64,000 bases of DNA from Acholeplasmataceae bacterium (lineage in GTDB: Bacteria > Bacillota_I > Bacilli_A > Acholeplasmatales > Acholeplasmataceae): positions 1,536,001-1,600,000 of the forward strand of contig OY763415.1 in assembly GCA_963667565.1 (NCBI GenBank), read 5' to 3'. This document shows, in pieces, positions 12,152 through 22,402 of the stretch (the stretch's first letter is position 1; each line of letters starts with the position of its first letter). The notes beneath the pieces are model-generated. The model saw only the letters and a list, made by a program, of their open reading frames with translations, was not told where the DNA came from and did no database searches. The position numbers were made by a program, and so were the translations under genes.

Positions 12152-14308
12152 ATGAATCTAAGTAAACATAAAAAAATATATATTCTGTTCGTTATTTTAT
12201 ATTTTGTACTGAATGTATTTAATACGTATTTTTTAACTGCACAAGTTTTAAATAAATATATCGCGCCATTTCCGCATACATTTTCTGGTGAATTAAATGC
12301 AATCATTGGTAATTCAACGATTCTTTTATTCTTTTTAGTGATTGGTAATCGTCTTTTTAGAAAAGCAAAAACAAGAATGTATTACTTAACATCAATCACA
12401 TTAATTCTCAATTTCTTTATTTTTGCTTTTGGTGCATTTACACTATTTTTTGGGACAGCTTTTTCAGTAGATGGTTTAGCAATCTTTAATAATCCTGCTG
12501 AAGGGTTCGCCTCTTCAACATTTAGAGAAATCATTCATGAATTGATTTATTATTACAGAATTGTGGTTTTCTTACCATCAGTCATACTCCTTGGGTTTAC
12601 CATATGGGCTAGTGTTAAAAAACTTAATCAAGTTAAATTTAGAAGTCCACTTCAAAGATATCTTATTGGTATCTTAGGCATTGCCGTTTTATGGTTTTCT
12701 ACCTCTAGTGTATTTATTCATAAAATGAGGGATGAAATACCTGTAGCTTCAACACTACCATCTTATGCAGTTCAAAATTATGGAGCTTATCCATATTATT
12801 TTGGTGAATTATTAGGTGTTAATTATTCTGTAGATCTAGAGAGTCAACTTAATTTAGATAATGAACAAGCTTTAGCAGATGCTTATCAAGCATATAATAA
12901 AAATCAAGAGAGTTATGTAAATTATTTTAACGGGCAAATATATTCTAATCAATTAACGTTAGCTCATGCAACCAGTGATTTATATATTGATCCTAGTATC
13001 GCAAATGGAAGTAACTTAAATGGTATTTTAGAAGGGAAAAACCTTGTGTTAATTCATCTAGAATCTTTAAACTATTTCTTACTTGAGTTTATGCAAAAAG
13101 AAGCAGCTAAAGGAAATTCCGAAGTTGTTGAACAAGCAGTTACTTTTATGAATCACATATTTGAACAAAGCTTTGTTTTTGAAAACATGTACAACAATGT
13201 CGGTATGGGTGTAAGTTCAGACGGTGAACTTGCAGTACTAACAGGTACAAATCCAACAGGGCATGAAACGCTTTATTGGCAATATGGCGACATTGAATAT
13301 CAATTAAATTCACTTGTGGACTATTTTAATCAAGAAGGTTATTATACAGAAGCTATACATGGTGATCAAGCATCATTTTATAATAGGGATGTTGTATATC
13401 CACAAATGTATGGTTTTGATGAATATTATTCAATTAATGATTTTGTTCAAGATGGGGCCAATTTAGAACAAGGTTATTTATATGATATGGTTAATCAGTC
13501 ATGTCATGTAAGTCCATGGATTAGTGATTATGAGCTTGCTGATTATGTTTCAAATTTAGGATCAAACATAACTGCTCCATATTTTTTATTTCCTATCACG
13601 ATGATGGGACATACACCTTATGATTTTGGACCTTATGAAAATGAAACACTTTATCCAGATTATCAAGCTACAGCATTAGGTAATATCTTTGGTATTACAG
13701 AACGCTACATAAACTATGGACCATATTATATGAATATCATTAAAAGATTCTTTTTAGCTGATGGCAATACAGATCAAACGCTTGATAATACAGTATATGT
13801 ATTTTATAGTGATCACGGATCAGATTTAAAGAGCGGAGATGTTTCAACCATTATGGATGAATCTTACAATGTATTAAATGAAAGACAAATGTTACAACAC
13901 ATTGTTTCATTTATATATGTGCCAGGAGATACTTATGTAGATTATGGTGATTATTCACTTAGAAAAGGATTATTAACAGGAACTCAACCGCTTGTCAGAT
14001 CCGAAATTGATTTGTATAGAACCATGATTGAACTCTTTAATCTTGATGCATCAGGAGATTTATATTTTGGCGTTAATGGATTAAGTACTGAACCCACATT
14101 TGCTCTTGATAACAGATTAGAAGATGTTGTATTAGATCAATACTTTTATTCTATGAGAAATATTAATCAGGTTTATCCAAAAGATATAGAAGTTGATCAA
14201 GATGTTTATGATTATATATTAAGGTATAAATTGTTAACGGATTATTTATTATCAAAAGGCGATATGCAAAATCAAATCAAAGAGGCGATTGCTCATGTTT
14301 ATGGATAA
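12152..14308 (+). CDS. LTA synthase (LtaS)-like membrane protein, alkaline phosphatase/sulfatase superfamily
   Basis: About 5 N-terminal TMs; NLVLIHLES, GVSSDGE, HGDQASFYNR, GHTPY, YSDHG. Confidence 0.85.
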   Translation: MNLSKHKKIYILFVILYFVLNVFNTYFLTAQVLNKYIAPFPHTFSGELNAIIGNSTILLFFLVIGNRLFRKAKTRMYYLTSITLILNFFIFAFGAFTLFFGTAFSVDGLAIFNNPAEGFASSTFREIIHELIYYYRIVVFLPSVILLGFTIWASVKKLNQVKFRSPLQRYLIGILGIAVLWFSTSSVFIHKMRDEIPVASTLPSYAVQNYGAYPYYFGELLGVNYSVDLESQLNLDNEQALADAYQAYNKNQESYVNYFNGQIYSNQLTLAHATSDLYIDPSIANGSNLNGILEGKNLVLIHLESLNYFLLEFMQKEAAKGNSEVVEQAVTFMNHIFEQSFVFENMYNNVGMGVSSDGELAVLTGTNPTGHETLYWQYGDIEYQLNSLVDYFNQEGYYTEAIHGDQASFYNRDVVYPQMYGFDEYYSINDFVQDGANLEQGYLYDMVNQSCHVSPWISDYELADYVSNLGSNITAPYFLFPITMMGHTPYDFGPYENETLYPDYQATALGNIFGITERYINYGPYYMNIIKRFFLADGNTDQTLDNTVYVFYSDHGSDLKSGDVSTIMDESYNVLNERQMLQHIVSFIYVPGDTYVDYGDYSLRKGLLTGTQPLVRSEIDLYRTMIELFNLDASGDLYFGVNGLSTEPTFALDNRLEDVVLDQYFYSMRNINQVYPKDIEVDQDVYDYILRYKLLTDYLLSKGDMQNQIKEAIAHVYG

Positions 14309-14939
14309 ACTTATCAAACATAAAACGTATATCATTTTGACGGTTTTATATATGCTTTTGACAACAGTTGTTGGAGCAATACTTCAAAACGGCTTGATTT
14401 TATTTTTAACAATCAATATGTTTTTAGCAGCACTTTCATGGGGAATCAGTTTAGTTGTTGAGTATTTTTATGAGAAAAAAATGCATCGATGGATCATCGT
14501 TTTGATGTCTTTTTTATGGGTGTTGTTTTTCCCTAATGCAATTTATATGACGACTGATTTTATCCATTTACAAAACTATTCATTTTTCAAAATATATTCC
14601 ATTAGTTACACTTATTTAAGTATGGATTGGCTTGTATTACTCATTATTTTTACAGGTGCAATATTTAGTGCTTATTTAGGCATCATGAGCATAAAAAAAA
14701 TGATGAGCATCCATCACATCAAAAATCAATATACATATATATGGTTAACTGGCTTATTTGCATTATCTAGTATAGGTATTTATATTGGTAGATTTATGAG
14801 ACTTAATTCATGGGATTTTTATCGAGTAGATATAATCTTTAAGGGTATATTTAATGAATTTACGTTCTTCTTAAGTTTTTTAGGTATATTTATAGTCGTT
14901 CACTATATTTATTATTTCTTATTTAAAGATAAAGTATAA
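14295..14939 (+). CDS. DUF1361 family membrane protein
   Basis: NMFLA, WVLFFPNAIYMTTDFIHL, GIYIGRFMRLNSWD. Confidence 0.88.
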   Translation: MFMDKLIKHKTYIILTVLYMLLTTVVGAILQNGLILFLTINMFLAALSWGISLVVEYFYEKKMHRWIIVLMSFLWVLFFPNAIYMTTDFIHLQNYSFFKIYSISYTYLSMDWLVLLIIFTGAIFSAYLGIMSIKKMMSIHHIKNQYTYIWLTGLFALSSIGIYIGRFMRLNSWDFYRVDIIFKGIFNEFTFFLSFLGIFIVVHYIYYFLFKDKV

Positions 14940-15003
14940 AAAAACAAAAGTCGGTTGTTCCGACTTTTTTCATGCTAGAATAAAATAAAACGAGGTAAGT
15001 TTT

Positions 15004-15582
15004 ATGTCACTGGTGATTAGAAAATTAGATGAGACAATGATTGATGATTATATCCATTTTTTTGATCATAACGCTTTTAATGATCATAGTGAATATGAAG
15101 GGTGTTATTGTGCGTTTTATCATTTTGGTAAAGAAGTTGAAGAAGCGTTTCAACATATAGAGGATTGGACAGCAGAAACAAAAAGACGCGCAATTGAAAT
15201 GATTAAAGATAAAACCCTTCAAGGATACTTAGCATATGATGGAAATGACATCGTTGGCTGGGTGAGCACCAATAGAAAAGAAAAATATTTACGCATCATG
15301 GAAAATCCGATTTATCATACAGAAAATGATCAACACATTCAATCTATTACTTGTTTTATTGTTGACCCAAAGAGAAGAAAAGAAGGGATTGCCACAAAAC
15401 TTTTAGAGCATGTGATTAAGTCATCAAAAGATGAAGACATTAAGTATTTAGAAGCTTACCCAAGAATCAATACGTATAGTTGTTTATTTAATTTTCATGG
15501 CTATTTATCAACATTCGAAAAATTGGGATTTAAGATTTATAAAACATTAGAAGAAGATGCAATTGTTAGATTGAGTATATAA
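15004..15582 (+). CDS. GNAT family acetyltransferase
   Basis: CYC motif, ITCFIVDP-RRKEGIA acetyl-CoA motif, LEAYP, FEKLGF. Confidence 0.88.
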   Translation: MSLVIRKLDETMIDDYIHFFDHNAFNDHSEYEGCYCAFYHFGKEVEEAFQHIEDWTAETKRRAIEMIKDKTLQGYLAYDGNDIVGWVSTNRKEKYLRIMENPIYHTENDQHIQSITCFIVDPKRRKEGIATKLLEHVIKSSKDEDIKYLEAYPRINTYSCLFNFHGYLSTFEKLGFKIYKTLEEDAIVRLSI

Positions 15583-15607
15583 AAAAAGGCGATTGCGCCT
15601 TTTTATT

Positions 15608-16423
15608 TTAAAATACCCAAACACTCAATACGATAGATAAGATACCTACTATTAAACAGTAAATTGAGAAATAAATTAAATTCTTAACTTTTACATATTG
15701 ATACAATAATTTTACAGAAATTAAACTAAATACGAAACTCATAACAAATGCTAATCCATAACCTAAAAAGTCGATAGATTCAACAGCGTGATATGCATCA
15801 TAAAATCCTAGAATCATCACCGGAACAGAAACGATAATATAACTCAAGAATGAGAACTTAAGTACTTTTTTAAGTTCTATTTTTTGTGTTAACCCACCAA
15901 TCATCGTAATGCCTGATCTTGATATTCCAGGTAGTACACCAAATGCTTGAAATGCACCAATCACTAACGCATTTTTCCAAGTGATGTCACGATGCCATTG
16001 AACGTTTCTTGTATAGTAAACATAAAACAATAAGACACCAGTAACAATTAAGGAAAATCCGACAGTTAAGAGATCATCCGGTAAATAATCTTTGATGATT
16101 AGACCTACAATTCCTATAGGAACAACAGCAATTAAAAGTTTTAATACATAATTAAAATCTTCTTTAAAAGTCATGTCTTTCTTGGTTATAAATTTCCATG
16201 TTCCTGTAATTAAATCACCAATATCTTTTCTAAAAAAGAAAAACAAAGCCAAGAAAGAACCTGTATTTGTTACCATTAAAAAGATGGTTAAATTTGATAA
16301 ATCCATACCCAAAATCCGACTAAAAATAGTGAGATGCCCACTGCTTGAAACCGGAAATATTTCTGTAATTCCTTGTACAATACCAAGTATTATGTATTTA
16401 ACTATTTCTATTATTCTGTCCAT
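15608..16423 (-). CDS. uppP: Undecaprenyl-diphosphate phosphatase (BacA/UppP)
   Basis: GIVQGITEIFPVSSSGH and PGISRSG motifs. Confidence 0.93.
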   Translation of the reverse strand: MDRIIEIVKYIILGIVQGITEIFPVSSSGHLTIFSRILGMDLSNLTIFLMVTNTGSFLALFFFFRKDIGDLITGTWKFITKKDMTFKEDFNYVLKLLIAVVPIGIVGLIIKDYLPDDLLTVGFSLIVTGVLLFYVYYTRNVQWHRDITWKNALVIGAFQAFGVLPGISRSGITMIGGLTQKIELKKVLKFSFLSYIIVSVPVMILGFYDAYHAVESIDFLGYGLAFVMSFVFSLISVKLLYQYVKVKNLIYFSIYCLIVGILSIVLSVWVF

Positions 16424-16519
16424 ATGATCACCATTTGTATTATAGCATAATAAAAACCAAATATTGTGTTAAAATATGAGTATGTTAAACTTTGTTAATA
16501 GACAAGAAGAGGAAAATTT

Positions 16520-17410
16520 ATGAAATCCATCATTAAAATCATTAAAGGCGGACTCATAGGCATGGGAAATATTCTTCCTGGTATTAGTGGTTCTATGATT
16601 GCTGTTATTCTTAATATTTATCAAGATTTGATTGAAGCGCTAAACGCATTATTCAAACACCCTTTTAAAGCTATAAAGTCAGTGTGGGAATATGCCGTTG
16701 GTGTCGTTATAGGTATTGTTTTAGGTTTAGTTGTAGTTAGTTATTTATTAGATATTGCCCCACTACCTGTAACATTATTATTTATAGGATTTATTGTTGG
16801 AGCTATCCCAACATTATATAAACAATTTCATGGAACAAAAATCAAATGGCACCATGTGCTTGTCTTTTTAGTATCTGCTATATTGATGTTACTTGTACTT
16901 TTAGTTAAGGAAAACACGGGGACTTATGGTGGATTTTGGTATCAAGTATCAGTGTTATTTGTTGGTGTTATATATGCGATTGCAATGATTATTCCTGGAT
17001 TATCTGGAGCAACCATGCTCATGGCATTTGGATTTTATCAAATCTTATTAGATATGGTTTCAAGTTTTAAAGATGCACTCATCTCACTAGATTTTCAAGC
17101 ATTTTTAGCACAACTACCGCTTTTATTATTACTTGCCGCTGGTGCACTTGTTGGTTTAGTCGTCATGGGTAAAATTATGGCATGGTTTATGAAGAAACAT
17201 CATGAACATTTTATCGTAGCAGTTTTAGGCATTGTCGTTGTTTCACCGATCAATATTTTAGTTTTACTTCAAAAAGAATCATCAGCAAATGTTTATGATC
17301 AACCTTGGTATATGTATGCAATGAGTATCATTACTTTGGTTTTAGGTATATTATTAACATTGTGGTTAGCAAACACTAACCGAAAGAAAGAGGGAAAATT
17401 AAATGATTAA
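16520..17410 (+). CDS. DUF368 family polyprenyl-phosphate translocase
   Basis: Two re-entrant motifs, GNILPGISGS and AMIIPGLSGA; multi-TM. Confidence 0.88.
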   Translation: MKSIIKIIKGGLIGMGNILPGISGSMIAVILNIYQDLIEALNALFKHPFKAIKSVWEYAVGVVIGIVLGLVVVSYLLDIAPLPVTLLFIGFIVGAIPTLYKQFHGTKIKWHHVLVFLVSAILMLLVLLVKENTGTYGGFWYQVSVLFVGVIYAIAMIIPGLSGATMLMAFGFYQILLDMVSSFKDALISLDFQAFLAQLPLLLLLAAGALVGLVVMGKIMAWFMKKHHEHFIVAVLGIVVVSPINILVLLQKESSANVYDQPWYMYAMSIITLVLGILLTLWLANTNRKKEGKLND

Positions 17411-18269
17411 AAAAGCAGTTATTCCTGCAGCGGGGTATGGTACAAGATTTTTACCAATTACAAAAGCACTACCAAAAGAGATGTTACCAATTATTGATCG
17501 ACCAACAGTTGAGTTTATCGTCAATGAAGCTGTCTCAAGCGGCATCACAGATATTTTACTTGTTGTAAGCAGTAATAAAAACGCACTTGTTGATTACTTT
17601 GATAGAAATATAGAACTTGAATATAAACTTTTAGAAAATCAAAAAGATTATGAATATGGATTAATCACGAATATTGCACCTGGAGCAAACATTCATTTTA
17701 TAAGACAAAAAGAGCAATTAGGGTTAGGACATGCTGTACTTCAAGCTGAAACGTTTGTTGGAAAAGATGATTTTGCAGTACTTCTTGGTGATGACATGTA
17801 TGTCAATCACGATTATCCAGCAACAAAACAAATGATTGATGCTTATGAATCTGTTAAAGCATCTGTGTTAGGAACCATTGAAGTCACATTAGAAGATACT
17901 GCAAAATATGGTATTTGTGATCCTAAAGAAGAAAGTAACGATAAACTTAAAGAATTAAAGAGCGTTGTTGAAAAACCAAATCCAAAAGATGCCCCTTCAA
18001 GAAGTGCTATTGGTGGAAGATATATATTAACACCAACCATTTTCAAATATTTAAAAGATCAATCTAAAGGTAAAGGGAATGAAATTCAACTTACTGATGC
18101 TATATTAAGAATGATGGCAGAAGAAAAGGTATATAGTTTTGACTTAGATGCTAAAAGATATGATGTTGGTAAAAAAATTGATTATATTGAAGCCATCTTA
18201 GATTTTGGATTACAAAGAAGTGAACTTAAGAAAGAACTCCAAGATTTAATCAATAAAAAAGCAAAATAA
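17403..18269 (+). CDS. galU: UTP--glucose-1-phosphate uridylyltransferase
   Basis: KKAVIPAAGYGTRFLP..K..PKEMLP, VEKP, EIQLTDA. Confidence 0.96.
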   Translation: MIKKAVIPAAGYGTRFLPITKALPKEMLPIIDRPTVEFIVNEAVSSGITDILLVVSSNKNALVDYFDRNIELEYKLLENQKDYEYGLITNIAPGANIHFIRQKEQLGLGHAVLQAETFVGKDDFAVLLGDDMYVNHDYPATKQMIDAYESVKASVLGTIEVTLEDTAKYGICDPKEESNDKLKELKSVVEKPNPKDAPSRSAIGGRYILTPTIFKYLKDQSKGKGNEIQLTDAILRMMAEEKVYSFDLDAKRYDVGKKIDYIEAILDFGLQRSELKKELQDLINKKAK

Positions 18270-18304
18270 CTTTACTTTTTTATACGCAAAACATATAATA
18301 AAAG

Positions 18305-18520
18305 TAACACGAAGAAGGTAATAAGTAATCAAACTTATGATGTAGAGAGAACACGGTTGGTGAAAGTGTTTGAAAGAAGTTGATGAAATCTATACCAAAG
18401 TGATGCTAATCCCATCCGTCGCTCAGCGTTAATGAGATTAAAGGGCTAGTTATTTTAACTAGAACTAAGGTGGTACCGCGAGATTTCGTCCTTAGACATC
18501 ATGTCTAGGGATTTTTTTAT
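18305..18520 (+). ncRNA. T-box riboswitch (Ser)
   Basis: AGAGA and GGTGAAA stem-I motifs; GAAA-TCT (Ser) specifier candidate; T-box AAGGTGGTACCGCG at 18467-18480; terminator TCCTTAGACA..TGTCTAGGGA plus T-tract. Confidence 0.92.
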
Positions 18521-18538
18521 TAAAAAGGAGGCATATAT

Positions 18539-19816
18539 ATGCTAGATTTAAAATTTGTTGTAGAACATATTGAAGAAGTGATTAAAAAACTAGAAACCAG
18601 ACAAGCAAATTTCTCGTATTTGAGAGAACTTGTTGTTTTACAAGATAAAAGAAAACAAGTGATTTTAGATGTTGAAACATTAAAAGCCAAAAGAAATGAG
18701 GCATCTAAAAAAATAGGCGAGCTTAAAAGAAACAAATTGGATGCTACTGAAGTATTAAATGAAGTCTCTACGATTGGTGATGAAATCAAAGCTTTAGATG
18801 AACTACTAAAACAAATTGAAGTAGACATTAAAGCTATTTTAGATGTAACACCAAACATTCCATGTCATGATACACCTATTGGTGTTGATGAAAATGATAA
18901 CGTAGAAGTCAAAAAAGTTGGCGAGATTAAAACTTTTGACTTTGAAGTAAAAGATCATGTAGAACTTGCTCAAAATTTAGGCATCTTAGATTTTGAAAGA
19001 GCTGCAAAAGTTACTGGTACGAGATTTGTTTATGATAAGGGATTGGGTGCGAGACTTGAACGTTCACTTATTCAATTTATGATGGACATGCATGCAATTG
19101 ATCATGGATATACCGAAATTATTCCACCATACATTATCAATGGTGAAAGTATGTATGGCACAGGTCAGTTTCCAAAATTTAAGGAAGATGCTTTCAAATT
19201 AGAACTTTCTGATCAAGATTATTATTTAAATCCAACGGCTGAAGTGCCTACGATTAATATGTATCGTGATGAGATTTTAAACGGTGAAGAATTACCACTT
19301 AAATATTGTGCATATTCAACTGCATTTAGATCTGAAGCCGGATCTGCAGGAAGAGATACAAAAGGTATTTTAAGACAACATCAATTTCATAAAGTTGAAT
19401 TGATTAAGTTTACAAAACCAGAAGATTCATATGAAGAATTAGATAAGATGTTATTAAATTCTGAAGAAGTTTTAAAACGATTAGAACTTCCTTATCGCGT
19501 TGTTTCATTATCAACAGGTGATTTAGGATTTGGCGCTGCTAAAACATATGATATTGAAGTATGGTTACCAGGACAAAACAAATATCGAGAAATCGGATCT
19601 ATTTCAAATGATGAAGACTTTCAAGCAAGACGTGCTAATATCAGATTTAAACGTACAAAAGATGCGAAAACAGAATATGTACATACCCTTAATGGATCAG
19701 GTTTAGCTGTGGGTAGAACAATGATCGCGATTATCGAAAACTATCAAAATGCAGATGGCACGATTACAGTTCCAAAAGTTTTAATTCCTTATATGAAAGT
19801 AGAAGTTATTAAATAA
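18539..19816 (+). CDS. serS: Seryl-tRNA synthetase
   Basis: [31 protein letters not shown]. Confidence 0.98.
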   Translation: MLDLKFVVEHIEEVIKKLETRQANFSYLRELVVLQDKRKQVILDVETLKAKRNEASKKIGELKRNKLDATEVLNEVSTIGDEIKALDELLKQIEVDIKAILDVTPNIPCHDTPIGVDENDNVEVKKVGEIKTFDFEVKDHVELAQNLGILDFERAAKVTGTRFVYDKGLGARLERSLIQFMMDMHAIDHGYTEIIPPYIINGESMYGTGQFPKFKEDAFKLELSDQDYYLNPTAEVPTINMYRDEILNGEELPLKYCAYSTAFRSEAGSAGRDTKGILRQHQFHKVELIKFTKPEDSYEELDKMLLNSEEVLKRLELPYRVVSLSTGDLGFGAAKTYDIEVWLPGQNKYREIGSISNDEDFQARRANIRFKRTKDAKTEYVHTLNGSGLAVGRTMIAIIENYQNADGTITVPKVLIPYMKVEVIK

Positions 19817-19839
19817 CACAATTTCACATGAAAAAAACA

Positions 19840-19867
19840 TTGACATCACATACTGTTTTGTTATACT
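19840..19867 (+). promoter_or_regulatory. Sigma70-type promoter
   Basis: TTGACA-16 nt-TATACT, with TG extension. Confidence 0.65.
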
Positions 19868-19910
19868 TTAGGTACTTCATTTTTTCTCTCGTTTTAACTC
19901 TCTATGATAT

Positions 19911-19940
19911 AATAAGTGTGCGAAAGCACGCTTATTTTAT
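19911..19940 (+). terminator. Hairpin terminator with GAAA tetraloop
   Basis: AATAAGTGTGC-GAAA-GCACGCTTATT then TTAT. Confidence 0.65.
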
Positions 19941-19955
19941 TAATAAAAAGGTGGT

Positions 19956-20618
19956 ATGATTATGAAAATATATTATGTAGAAGATGAAAAAGACTTAGCA
20001 GAAATCATTAGAAAATATTTATCAAGAGAAGGGTTTGAGACAACAGTTTTCCATGATGGGGAAACTGCTATGGAACATATCAACGATCAAGTTGATTTAT
20101 GGATATTAGATATCATGCTCACAGGCGAAATCAATGGATATGACTTAATTAAGGCGCTTAAAGAAAATAATAGTCCATCATCAGTCATTTTTACTTCAGC
20201 TCGTGATCAGGATTTGGATAAAATCATGGGTCTTGAATTAGGTAGCGATGACTATTTAGCAAAACCTTATTCACCAAGAGAATTAATCTTACGTGTGAAG
20301 GCTGTTTTAAAACGTAGACAACAAGCTAGTGCTACCGATGTAATTATGTATGAACCTTATGAAATTAATTTGTCAAAGCGTGAAATCAGATTTGAAAATG
20401 AAATGATTGAATTGACGAATAAAGAATTTGAATTATTGTTATTCTTTCTAAAAAATATGAATACAGCATTTGCAAGAGAAGAAATTCTTAAACATGTATG
20501 GGGCGACAACTATTATGGTAGTGATCGTGTCGTTGATGATTTGTTGAGAAGATTAAGACATAAAATGCCTCAATTAAAAATTGAGACGATTTACGGGTAC
20601 GGATATAGATTATTATGA
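19956..20618 (+). CDS. OmpR-family response regulator (CssR-like)
   Basis: VEDE, WILDIML, SARD, DDYLAKP, winged helix ETIYGYGY. Confidence 0.94.
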   Translation: MIMKIYYVEDEKDLAEIIRKYLSREGFETTVFHDGETAMEHINDQVDLWILDIMLTGEINGYDLIKALKENNSPSSVIFTSARDQDLDKIMGLELGSDDYLAKPYSPRELILRVKAVLKRRQQASATDVIMYEPYEINLSKREIRFENEMIELTNKEFELLLFFLKNMNTAFAREEILKHVWGDNYYGSDRVVDDLLRRLRHKMPQLKIETIYGYGYRLL

Positions 20619-21910
20619 GAAAACACTTTAAGTTAGCAACACAAATCAATATGATTTTTACTGCGGTGGCGTTGTTAACGAGTCTCGTGTTTTTATTTGC
20701 TTTAAATCGTGTGTTTAGCGATTTTAGAGAACAACAAAATTTAGTTCAGCTACAAATTTATTTTGATGATGTCATGCAAAGAGGTTATTTAGCTGAAAGT
20801 GATTACAATGGTTTTGTTGTTTATGAAGGTGGAACTTCGCTTTATTATAGCAATTTTGGTTCTATCGATAATGTATTTGATTCTGAAACGCTATATGATT
20901 ATTATCTCGTTAATTGGAAACCTTCTGATTTTGAAATTCAAGGGAATATGTATATTCAAGAAACATTTAAAATTCAAATTGGTAAAGAACTCTATACGTT
21001 TATTGTTGATACCAATCGATCAAGAGTTGTCATTGGTTTTACAGGTCATGAATATTTAGAAGTAGCAACCAATGAATTTACGACACTCTTACAAATTAGT
21101 TTTATTGCTCTTATTTTATTAGGGAATGTGATTATTCTTACTTGGTCAAGACTTACTGTTGATCGTGTTAGAAAACTTCAAACAGATGTTGGTAATCTTG
21201 TCGCTTATAATTATTCGGTCCCTATTGAAATTACAGGTCGAGATGAAATTACAGGACTTGCATTAGAAATTGAGAAAATGCGTAGAGAAATTGAAAGTAG
21301 TGAGAAGACAAAGAAAGAAATGCTACAAAACGTTTCTCATGATTTTAAAACACCAATTGCCGTCATCAAATCATATGCAGAAGCGATTGCTGATGGTGTT
21401 TCAGATCCAAAAGAAGCGGAAGTTATCATTAAGCAAATCGATATTTTAAATCAAAAAGTAAGACAATTGCTTGAATTTAATAAATTAGAATATTTAAAAG
21501 ATGTTTCTGAATTTGAGATGATTTCAATTAAAGATGTATTACTTAATATTGTTAATGCTCAAAAATATCGATCTCATATTAAATTTGAAACCGATTTAGA
21601 TGATTCGAAATATTTTGGTATTTATGAAAACTTTAATATTATATTTTCTAATATTGTTGATAATGCCCTTAGATATGCTAAATCAACGATTAAAATCACA
21701 TTAAAGAATAGAAAACTCACCTTCTATAACGATGGTGAGCCAATTAGTGAAAACTTTGTAGAACACATGTTTAAACCATACGAAAAAGGACATAAAGGTC
21801 AATTTGGATTAGGTATGAGCATTGTTCAAAAAACATGTGAACATTTTAATTTATCACTTTCAGTTAAAAATGTGAATGATGGTGTTGAGTTTACGATAGA
21901 GCCTTTTTAA
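20615..21910 (+). CDS. HAMP sensor histidine kinase (CssS-like)
   Basis: Two TMs, HAMP DEI motif, SHDFKTP H-box, NIVDNALRYA, GLGMSIV. Confidence 0.94.
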   Translation: MRKHFKLATQINMIFTAVALLTSLVFLFALNRVFSDFREQQNLVQLQIYFDDVMQRGYLAESDYNGFVVYEGGTSLYYSNFGSIDNVFDSETLYDYYLVNWKPSDFEIQGNMYIQETFKIQIGKELYTFIVDTNRSRVVIGFTGHEYLEVATNEFTTLLQISFIALILLGNVIILTWSRLTVDRVRKLQTDVGNLVAYNYSVPIEITGRDEITGLALEIEKMRREIESSEKTKKEMLQNVSHDFKTPIAVIKSYAEAIADGVSDPKEAEVIIKQIDILNQKVRQLLEFNKLEYLKDVSEFEMISIKDVLLNIVNAQKYRSHIKFETDLDDSKYFGIYENFNIIFSNIVDNALRYAKSTIKITLKNRKLTFYNDGEPISENFVEHMFKPYEKGHKGQFGLGMSIVQKTCEHFNLSLSVKNVNDGVEFTIEPF

Positions 21911-22304
21911 TTAAAAGGGCTCTTTCTTTATACGCGGTTTCTTCCAGCATACCCATATGATTTTGAAATTTAAATGTCACATCGTTTTTATCATATCTTG
22001 GGATGATATGGATGTGGAAATGAAAAACAGATTGTCCTGCGGTTTCACCCGTATTATTTAAGATATTTATACCAGAAGGTTGAAATGCAGCGTTGATTGC
22101 TTGTGTTATTTTTTGTGTTACTAAGATTACCTTTTGAAGTAGATCTTGAGGCATTTCTAAGATATTAGGATATGCTTTTTTAGGCACAACTAAAGTATGT
22201 CCTTTTGTTGCTTGAGATATGTCTAAAAATGAGATCACATCTTCATCTTCATAAACGATATAGGCTGGAATTTCTCTTTCAATTATTTTTTCAAAAATAG
22301 TCAT
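21891..22304 (-). CDS. HIT family nucleotide hydrolase
   Basis: TIFEKII, GHTLVVPK, GQSVFHFHIHIIPR. Confidence 0.94.
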   Translation of the reverse strand: MTIFEKIIEREIPAYIVYEDEDVISFLDISQATKGHTLVVPKKAYPNILEMPQDLLQKVILVTQKITQAINAAFQPSGINILNNTGETAGQSVFHFHIHIIPRYDKNDVTFKFQNHMGMLEETAYKERALLIKKALS

Positions 22305-22402
22305 GAATAAAACCCTCTTTCTTGGCTTTATTGTATCATATTTAGATTGAATTAAGGTCTTAAAAATGCTATAATAAATGCGTATATAGGAGGAAATTTA
22401 AT

